Source of the DNA: Promethearchaeota archaeon
GTDB taxonomy: Archaea; Asgardarchaeota; Hermodarchaeia; Hermodarchaeales; Hermodarchaeaceae
NCBI GenBank assembly: GCA_048939245.1
Contig: JBHLPR010000066.1
Location: 1-12,567 of the forward strand
DNA: 12,567 bases
Direction of reading: 5' to 3'
Shown: positions 1 through 5,402 of the stretch, piece after piece
Layout of the letters: every line of letters starts with the position of its first letter
How positions within the stretch are numbered: position 1 is the first letter of the stretch
Made by a program: the position numbers and the translations under genes
Notes under the pieces: generated by a model
Seen by the model: the letters and a program-made list of their open reading frames with translations, nothing else
Told to the model about the DNA's origin: nothing
Databases searched by the model: none

Positions 1-67
1 CGAAGGAAGATACGAATGTGGATTTCGCCTTCTCGGAGTTATCCAGGCTGATTCTAAATCAAACTAG
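1..67 (+). CDS. Possible 3' end of a convergent gene entering from outside the window (..EGRYECGFRLLGVIQADSKSN*)
   Basis: Open frame from base 2 to TAG at 65-67, ending 8 nt before the stop of the convergent 76..741 gene. Too short to identify. Confidence 0.3.
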   Translation, partial: EGRYECGFRLLGVIQADSKSN

Positions 68-75
68 TTAGTTCC

Positions 76-741
76 TTACTCTTTTTCGAGCAAAGTGAGG
101 ATTGCAGCAAATGTACCCAGCTTAGCAGAGATTTTTGTTGGTCCCGTTCCAATAATGAGGACATCTCCGTCTTTAATGTTAAAACACTCGAGCGTATTTT
201 TTAGTTGGATTTTTGGAACTCTGTGGTCTTTTACCATTATCAGGGCGTCTGGATCTGAATCTTGGATGAAGGTTGTAGCTCCGCTCGCACCTGCATGCAT
301 AGCGGCGTCTCGTTGTTGAACACCATCGGTGACAAATTGAGCGCATTGTTGGAGATGGCATCCGAAATTACAGAGGTCAATGGTATAGCTGCTTTCCGGA
401 AGCTCCACAATTTTCACTAATATCCGATTAAGGATTGCACAGTAGTGGTGGCCTTCTTTTGAAAGATGATGACCTTGTCGCTGTACAGGTTCAATTAATC
501 CTTGTTTTCGAAGAAAACGAATTAGTGATCGAATACTCCCACCCCCAAGTCCAAGCTCGGGGCCAAGATGGTACCGACCAATAGGGGTGGTGCTTTGGCA
601 GAAAGTGTAGAATGCAGCTAAGAGATGCCAGGGGTGGAATTCAGTGGGAGGACCCTGACGTCTGTCGATATTCAGAAGTTGGATGAGCTCCATAGAATCT
701 TCAATCTCCCCGTGATTCATGTGCCTTATTCTTCCTTGCAT
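76..741 (-). CDS. DUF4443/DUF2111-type protein with N-terminal winged HTH, putative transcription regulator
   Basis: PIGRYHLGPELGLGGGSIRSLIRFLRKQGLIE..QGHHLSKEG is wHTH-like. C-terminal motifs GVQQRDAAMHAGASGATT and GDVLIIG resemble this archaeal family. The real start may be Met9 (717) or Met17 (693). Confidence 0.7.
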   Translation of the reverse strand: MQGRIRHMNHGEIEDSMELIQLLNIDRRQGPPTEFHPWHLLAAFYTFCQSTTPIGRYHLGPELGLGGGSIRSLIRFLRKQGLIEPVQRQGHHLSKEGHHYCAILNRILVKIVELPESSYTIDLCNFGCHLQQCAQFVTDGVQQRDAAMHAGASGATTFIQDSDPDALIMVKDHRVPKIQLKNTLECFNIKDGDVLIIGTGPTKISAKLGTFAAILTLLEKE

Positions 742-1333
742 TCTTAATTCTATGCTGTTGAAGTTGAAATTGTTTCAGTTGAAGTTGGTGCACGGCTCGG
801 GTGACTGGTTGAGTGATTAATCCGAAGAGGATTGCATTAGTGGTGACATGAACTGCTGTAAAGGGCAGCCCGGTAATCAGTGCCACGATAAACGGCATAC
901 CAAAAGTCACAGTATACGCGAAATTAGTAATTAGATCAAAGAGGAGGGTGAGAAGGATTCCAAATAGGGCTGGCATTAAAAACCACTTGGTATCGGAGTA
1001 ATCAAACCGCTGCAACGCTTTTCCTAATATCCCCCCGATGATTCCAATGAAGACGGTACACCCAATCACCGCTAATCCGATTGGAGGAATAAAAGCCCCC
1101 CAAGGGTTCCAGATCTGATAAATTATCATAGCGATGAATGCGACAAGGACACCGATGAGAGGTCCAAAGAGAAACCCGCTAAGAAATACCATGATGGAGG
1201 AGAGTTCAATATTCGGAATGGCTGAGAGGGCATAATTGCCTCCAACAGCTAGAGCTGCAAATATGGCAACTAGCGCTATACGAATTGCAACCGTTGCTTT
1301 GGGGGATTTGAGCTCACCTCCGTTCTCTGTCAA
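701..1333 (-). CDS. ECF transporter substrate-binding S component (possibly cobalamin/CbrT-like)
   Basis: About 6 TM segments, N-terminal IALVAIFAALAV (AxxxA) motif, IPNIEL loop, GFLFGPLIG, and C-terminal GLPFTAVHVTTN. TTG start. Substrate inferred from the neighbouring DUF4430 gene. Confidence 0.8.
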   Translation of the reverse strand: MTENGGELKSPKATVAIRIALVAIFAALAVGGNYALSAIPNIELSSIMVFLSGFLFGPLIGVLVAFIAMIIYQIWNPWGAFIPPIGLAVIGCTVFIGIIGGILGKALQRFDYSDTKWFLMPALFGILLTLLFDLITNFAYTVTFGMPFIVALITGLPFTAVHVTTNAILFGLITQPVTRAVHQLQLKQFQLQQHRIKNARKNKAHESRGD

Positions 1334-1338
1334 GAGAA

Positions 1339-2073
1339 TCAGTCCTTCCTTTTTCGGAACCGCAGTATGATGTAGCTAACGGAGACAATAACGATGGCAA
1401 TTGCTAGAATGCCTACAAAGAGCATTGTGGTGAGATCGGTGGGGTTCTGTGTTTGAGTTATGAATTCAATCCCCAAGTGATAATCGTTGAGGAAGAAGAC
1501 TTCCGTATAAGCGGATAATAGGATTCCGGAACTAATGTCATAGACTAGTGTCGTATTTTGATTACCGAAGGGTCCTTGATGGTACACATAGGTTTTCGTT
1601 ATTGGTGTTGCAGTAATGTCTATACTTCCATTCAAGAAGTAACCGGAGGCTGCATCTGTGGCGTCTTGGTCGACGGTAATCCAGTCGAGATGAGATACTA
1701 GTCCTGGGAACCACGGCCAGATACTAAACGCTAGTTCTCCTGCGATTCGTGTATTATTGGCAAGAATCGTGAGGTTACCAATCGTAAGCAATCCGTACAA
1801 TTCGTCGTTGGTAATTTCCTGAATTTCAAAGGTCAATGGTTGTCCTGCTTGGGCTTTCCAGAAAGCTCCTGAACCAAATCCAAATTCAACGACTTCGCTG
1901 GTTACATTCGTTATTCGCCAATGAAGCTTAGGCGTACTCAACGCATTTGGATGGAGTCCTGGTGCATACTGCAAGGTTTGTGCTGAAGCAGGTTGAGCCC
2001 ATAATAAGACAACAGTTAGAGCGAAAATAAAGTTTAATCCTAGGATTGATTTATATTTCACGAATAATTTCAC
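1339..2073 (-). CDS. Secreted, C-terminally membrane-anchored surface protein of unknown function
   Basis: Signal peptide ending AQPASA, Thr/Asn-rich beta-type ectodomain with several NxS/T sequons, C-terminal TM plus RFRKRKD tail. The GTG start overlaps the upstream stop (GTGA). Confidence 0.75.
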   Translation of the reverse strand: MKLFVKYKSILGLNFIFALTVVLLWAQPASAQTLQYAPGLHPNALSTPKLHWRITNVTSEVVEFGFGSGAFWKAQAGQPLTFEIQEITNDELYGLLTIGNLTILANNTRIAGELAFSIWPWFPGLVSHLDWITVDQDATDAASGYFLNGSIDITATPITKTYVYHQGPFGNQNTTLVYDISSGILLSAYTEVFFLNDYHLGIEFITQTQNPTDLTTMLFVGILAIAIVIVSVSYIILRFRKRKD

Positions 2074-2588
2074 CGCATTTTAAAATAAACAAAGGAAGCA
2101 GCAACAACGACTATTGCAACTAAAACGCCGATGATTCCGATTCCCAATAGGAGTTCTGGGTCTGGAGTTGTGGTTATTGGTGATGTAGTTTCGGGGGCAC
2201 AATATTTCCAGAGTACATGATCGTTGTCTGAAAGCTCATAATTATCAGCGGATACTGGACCTAGTTCATCGTTAACCCAATATTGCCAGTAATATCTATT
2301 GTTGTTGGCGTTATTTTCAACCGTGTTAATGGAGTCGATGAATTTTCCGTAGGGAAACTGGGTGAACGTGACTGTGGCTGTTTGGTTTAAGACGTCAAAT
2401 ACGGTGGGGCCTGAAAGATTTGGAAATACTTGTTGGGTTGAATTACCGTAATCGATAGTTAGTTCAATATTCATGGCGAGCCTTTCTTGGATAGGAATCA
2501 CAGCTGAAGAGGTGCGGTTTATGCTATGTGGAAAGAAAAGGCAGAGCATTGAGATAACGAATAATCCAAAAAAGAGCTGTCTTTTCAA
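2070..2588 (-). CDS. DUF4430 (transcobalamin beta-domain-like) membrane-anchored protein
   Basis: Motifs TVFDVL, YGKFIDSIN, YWQYWVN, VSADNYELSDNDHVLWKY; signal peptide and C-terminal TM. Start re-called to the in-frame TTG at 2588 (MKRQLFF..), downstream of a TATA box and a GAGG SD. The ORF-track start is 2660. Confidence 0.8.
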   Translation of the reverse strand: MKRQLFFGLFVISMLCLFFPHSINRTSSAVIPIQERLAMNIELTIDYGNSTQQVFPNLSGPTVFDVLNQTATVTFTQFPYGKFIDSINTVENNANNNRYYWQYWVNDELGPVSADNYELSDNDHVLWKYCAPETTSPITTTPDPELLLGIGIIGVLVAIVVVAASFVYFKMR

Positions 2589-2598
2589 GTTACACTGC

Positions 2599-2631
2599 CT
2601 CGTAGGATAAAATATCCTACGAGTATTAAAA
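2599..2631 (-). promoter_or_regulatory. TATA box (TTTTAATA, 2631-2624) immediately followed by a perfect 25-bp palindrome, putative operator
   Basis: CTCGTAGGATA-AAA-TATCCTACGAG at 2599-2623 has perfect 11-bp arms and lies between the TATA box and the predicted transcription start. Confidence 0.7.
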
Positions 2632-2694
2632 CAATTCCATTCGCCGAGGACAAATTTCATAGCACTTATCCGTGTCTCATTGAAGTCAAGTCTG

Positions 2695-4215
2695 CTAATT
2701 TTCTACTGCTTTGATATAAGCTGCTAATTTAGCGATCTTGACTAATTTTTCTTTTCCACTTTTCATATCACGTACATTTACGGACTTCTTTGCCAGTTCT
2801 CGGGGTCCGATAATTGCAGCATATGGGATCTGTCGTTTACTGGCATCATCAAGATGTTTGGTAAGCGACCATGAAAACCCGTTGAATATCGTGCGTATCC
2901 CTGCTGCTCGAAGTTTTGAGGCGATTTCTCGGCAAATGCTGAGTTGTTTCTTTGATACGGGCGCGAGATAGATGTCTGCTGGTGGCTCCGGTGGTGGGAA
3001 AAGTCCAATCTCCTCTGCGAGTTCTAAAATGACGGTTTCTCCGAACCCAAATCCTGTTCCAGGTAGCGGCTGCCCGCCAAAGATCCCGACGAGGTCATCA
3101 TAGCGACCGCCACCTGCAATTGCACGGGGTAATTCACTTCGACGATCCCAGGCCTCAAAGATAATGCCCGTATAATAGTCGAGTCCACGGGCAATTCCTG
3201 CGTCAAATTCACATACGTCTGTGATTCCCAAATCATCCAGTTGTTTTGCTAGTTGGCTTAGGGGGTTAAGGGCTTGTTGTGTTGCTTCCGCTAATTGAAA
3301 CTCATTCATAGCTTGAAGGAATTCTATTGGTGGTCCCCGGATTGCAGAGAAATCTGTGAGTTTTTCCGCTGCATCTTGGGTTAAGCCAATGTTTATGAGC
3401 GCATTGATTAGCGCTTGGCGTTGGAGTTGAGGAAGTTGCCTTATCACTTCATTCAGTCTTGTTGACCGAGGAAGTTTCGGTTTTTCTTTTTGTTTTCCAA
3501 TATAGAAATGACGGAGCTTGAGCGCAATTTCTTCAGCTTTTCTAGCTGGGATTCCCGTCTTTGTAAGTTGATCAATTATTGTCTCTTGTAGAAGTTTTTC
3601 GCGGCGATCTAGCACACGGATTATTTCAATATAATTTGATAAGCCTAACTCATCGATGAAACTCTGGATTAGTCGGCGGTCATTAATACGAATAACAAAG
3701 TCCTTTGGTGCGAAGTCCAAGTCTAAGATGATGGCTGCTAGTATATTGATCACTTCAGCATCTGCTGCCACATCTTCAGTGCCCAATATGTCGACATTCA
3801 ATTGCCAAAATTCTTTGACGCGTCCTCGTTGTTGGGTTTCATCGCGAAATACTCGAGAAATTGAAAACCACCGTATGGGGCGTGGATAATATTGCTGTTG
3901 GACTGCTAACATACGGGCTAGGGATGGAGTTGTTTCTGGGCGTAAGACCAGTCGTCGCTCCTTGCGGTCAGTGACTTTGAAAGTTTCTTCAACAAGTGAC
4001 GGTCCCGATTTTAACTCATACAGTTCTATAGGTTCCACTGTGGGACATTCGTATTCTATGTAACCAAACAGTTTCGGGATTTCACGAAATGCCCTAAGTA
4101 TTCTTTCAATTTTCTGATAGAGTTCTGGATAAAAATCCCGAAAGCCACCCAACGCTAGTTCTTTGCTACGTTTCATTTTCAACAGCTCATATTCGTATTT
4201 CTCACTATTATCCAT
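2695..4215 (-). CDS. hisS: Histidine--tRNA ligase
   Basis: GFRDFYP, LRPETTPSLAR, motif 2 FRDETQQRGRVKEFWQ, HisA loop RGLDYYTG, GGGRYDDL, motif 3 GFGFG, C-terminal anticodon-binding domain. The start may be Met14 (4176). Confidence 0.97.
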   Translation of the reverse strand: MDNSEKYEYELLKMKRSKELALGGFRDFYPELYQKIERILRAFREIPKLFGYIEYECPTVEPIELYELKSGPSLVEETFKVTDRKERRLVLRPETTPSLARMLAVQQQYYPRPIRWFSISRVFRDETQQRGRVKEFWQLNVDILGTEDVAADAEVINILAAIILDLDFAPKDFVIRINDRRLIQSFIDELGLSNYIEIIRVLDRREKLLQETIIDQLTKTGIPARKAEEIALKLRHFYIGKQKEKPKLPRSTRLNEVIRQLPQLQRQALINALINIGLTQDAAEKLTDFSAIRGPPIEFLQAMNEFQLAEATQQALNPLSQLAKQLDDLGITDVCEFDAGIARGLDYYTGIIFEAWDRRSELPRAIAGGGRYDDLVGIFGGQPLPGTGFGFGETVILELAEEIGLFPPPEPPADIYLAPVSKKQLSICREIASKLRAAGIRTIFNGFSWSLTKHLDDASKRQIPYAAIIGPRELAKKSVNVRDMKSGKEKLVKIAKLAAYIKAVEN

Positions 4216-4268
4216 ATTGATAGTGAAAAATGGTGCCGGGACAGGGATTCGAACCCCGACCTAAAGCT

Positions 4269-4297
4269 TTCTGCATCCCATCTTTGAGAATGGGATT
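4269..4297 (-). other. tRNA intron 3, canonical 37/38, 29 nt
   Basis: Strict BHB: central helix CUGU/GCAG, bulges GG^A and AA^A, intron stem AUCCCAU/AUGGGAU. Confidence 0.93.
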
Positions 4298-4318
4298 CCA
4301 CAGGCTTCAATGCTACCA

Positions 4319-4340
4319 TTGCGCCTGGGTAAATACCAGT
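4319..4340 (-). other. tRNA intron 2, D-loop 15/16, 22 nt
   Basis: Central helix GUGU/GCGC, bulges AA^A and AA^U, intron stem CUGG/CCAG. Removal restores the D-loop AAUGGUA. Confidence 0.85.
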
Positions 4341-4347
4341 TTACACC

Positions 4348-4377
4348 TTCGGGAGCTGGTAACTAGCTACCAGCCTA
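4348..4377 (-). other. tRNA intron 1, position 8/9, 30 nt
   Basis: Central helix CGGG/CCCG, bulges AU^U and AA^G, intron stem GCUGGUAG/UUACCAGC, outer helix GUGC/GUGU. Removal gives U8-G9-G10. Confidence 0.85.
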
Positions 4378-4379
4378 AT

Positions 4380-4400
4380 CCCGGCACGGTGCCCGGCACG
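4380..4400 (-). repeat. 9-bp direct repeat CGTGCCGGG duplicating the tRNA 5' end into its leader
   Basis: Copies at 4400-4392 and 4388-4380 on the minus strand. Confidence 0.85.
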
Positions 4401-4424
4401 AAGAAATGTTGAACCAAACCCTCC

Positions 4425-4440
4425 CAAAAAAACCTTTCCT
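4425..4440 (-). promoter_or_regulatory. Putative BRE/TATA-like promoter of tRNA-His
   Basis: AGGAAAGG-TTTTTTTG lies about 25-30 nt upstream of 4400. The same GAAAGGTTTTT motif precedes the M50 gene at 11218. Confidence 0.5.
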
Positions 4441-4537
4441 CTCTCAATTTAGAGCGATAACTAAAATTACATCGCGTATTTGCCAGCTGATTGGCAGATT
4501 GTAGACCCTAAACTGATTGGTCTATGACCGAGTTGTG

Positions 4538-4846
4538 CTAAGCGACGTCGATGTTGTTGGAGGGGAACCCAAGATCACTGAGTATATTTTTGATATTGAA
4601 GCGATGGTCCCCCTGAAGGACGATAACTCCGTTTTTCGCACTACCTCCACAGGCACATTTCATTTTCAGTTTTGTGACTAGTTCGGATAGTGAAATATCT
4701 TTGCTATTAATGCCTTCGATGAGGGTTACTTCCCGTCCCCACTTTCGTCTCTCGACGCTAACTTTTATTCGCTGCTCGGTTTTTGCCAATTCTTGGCAGC
4801 GACAAATTTCTTTAGGCAAACTGCAAATAGGACAAATTTCTGACAT
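4538..4846 (-). CDS. sui1: Translation initiation factor aIF1 (SUI1/YciH)
   Basis: Archaeal N-terminal CPICSLPKEICRC zinc motif, RRKWGREVTLIEG, KCACGGS, LQGDHR. SD GAGGT at 4856-4852. Confidence 0.96.
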   Translation of the reverse strand: MSEICPICSLPKEICRCQELAKTEQRIKVSVERRKWGREVTLIEGINSKDISLSELVTKLKMKCACGGSAKNGVIVLQGDHRFNIKNILSDLGFPSNNIDVA

Positions 4847-4891
4847 TATTTACCTCATAAAGTTGTAGTGGTTAGGGTATCCAAGTTAACC

Positions 4892-4906
4892 CTTATAAAA
4901 GCTTAC
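4892..4906 (-). promoter_or_regulatory. BRE/TATA promoter of sui1
   Basis: GTAAGC-TTTTATAAG about 46 nt upstream of the ATG. Confidence 0.6.
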
Positions 4907-4971
4907 GGAGAAGCCTGTCAAGCCGAATAATGCTTGAATTATAATCCACTAGTTGGTATTGACGATTTTTC

Positions 4972-5187
4972 TTATCGTGCTGAGAGCTTCTTAATGATTT
5001 GAGGGCGTTCTTTATACATTATTCGTGCTCCACAGAATGGGCATTTGCTGGAAGGTAAGGTTGTGGCAAACGGCTTTCCGCAGTGGGGGCATCGATTGCT
5101 GGGTGGCATTGATGGGACGGGTGTTTGGCAATAGGGGCATGATAGGGTTTTTCCACATTTAGCGCATCGAAATGTAATCCTGAACAC
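4972..5187 (-). CDS. rpo12: RNA polymerase subunit Rpo12 (P) with an additional inserted zinc ribbon
   Basis: N-terminal FRCAKCGK and C-terminal KCPFCGARIMYKERPQIIKKLSAR match the RpoP/RPB12 pattern (CPxCGxRILxKxR). Two extra CxxC motifs lie in between. Confidence 0.88.
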   Translation of the reverse strand: MFRITFRCAKCGKTLSCPYCQTPVPSMPPSNRCPHCGKPFATTLPSSKCPFCGARIMYKERPQIIKKLSAR

Positions 5188-5226
5188 CTCGAAAAGTATG
5201 AACTACTAAAGGGCATCTCCTTTCGG

Positions 5227-5241
5227 TTAATAAATTTTGCT
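5227..5241 (-). promoter_or_regulatory. BRE/TATA promoter of rpo12
   Basis: AGCAAAA-TTTATTAA about 40 nt upstream of the GTG. Confidence 0.55.
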
Positions 5242-5250
5242 AAGTTTTAT

Positions 5251-5295
5251 CTTTAATCTCGAGAAGACCCGATCTTTCAGGGCGGGGTAGTTCAC
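5251..5295 (+). mobile_element. 45-bp minimal IS200/IS605-derived element (PATE-like; fused left and right ends sharing one hairpin)
   Basis: Preceded by TTAT. Starts CTTTAATCTCGAGAAGAC like the element at 6436 and ends TTCAGGGCGGGGTAGTTCAC like that element's right end. Confidence 0.8.
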
Positions 5296-5402
5296 GGCAA
5301 TATGAATGGAAGGCTGAGTAATATAATGCTTACAAATACGCTACCGATGATCAGAATGAGCAAAATTATTGCAATAATTAGATTTTGTTGTTTTTTCCTC
5401 AT
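5292..5402 (-). CDS. Unannotated 36-aa single-TM microprotein MRKKQQNLIIAIILLILIIGSVFVSIILLSLPFILP
   Basis: ATG overlaps the Get3 stop (TAATG). Basic N-terminus followed by one long hydrophobic helix. Fills the intergenic gap and is too short for the ORF track. Confidence 0.8.
   Translation of the reverse strand: MRKKQQNLIIAIILLILIIGSVFVSIILLSLPFILP

Larger units (their letters stand above)
4231..4385 (-). tRNA. tRNA-His(GUG) with three BHB introns (8/9, 15/16, 37/38) and encoded CCA
   Basis: Exons 4385-4378, 4347-4341, 4318-4298 and 4268-4231 join to a canonical 74-nt cloverleaf: GCCGGGA TG GTGT AATGGTA GCAT T GAAGC CTGTGGA GCTTT AGGT CGGGG TTCGAAT CCCTG TCCCGGC A CCA. Confidence 0.92.

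Noticed and set aside
2589-2694. Cobalamin riboswitch upstream of the DUF4430 operon
   Set aside because: The region is short and I see no B12-box or conserved riboswitch core, only the palindrome and TATA box.
4380-4400. tRNA 5'-end duplication as an integrase att site or a split/permuted tRNA
   Set aside because: Only 9 bp and directly adjacent, with no integrase or cargo. All exons are collinear in one gene.
4230-4412. 60-aa plus-strand ORF
   Set aside because: It is the antisense of the tRNA-His gene.
5019-5216. 65-aa minus-strand ORF overlapping rpo12 with GGAG directly before its ATG
   Set aside because: Alternative frame of rpo12. The GGAG has zero spacing and the ATG is only about 10 nt from the TATA box, so it probably lies upstream of the TSS.
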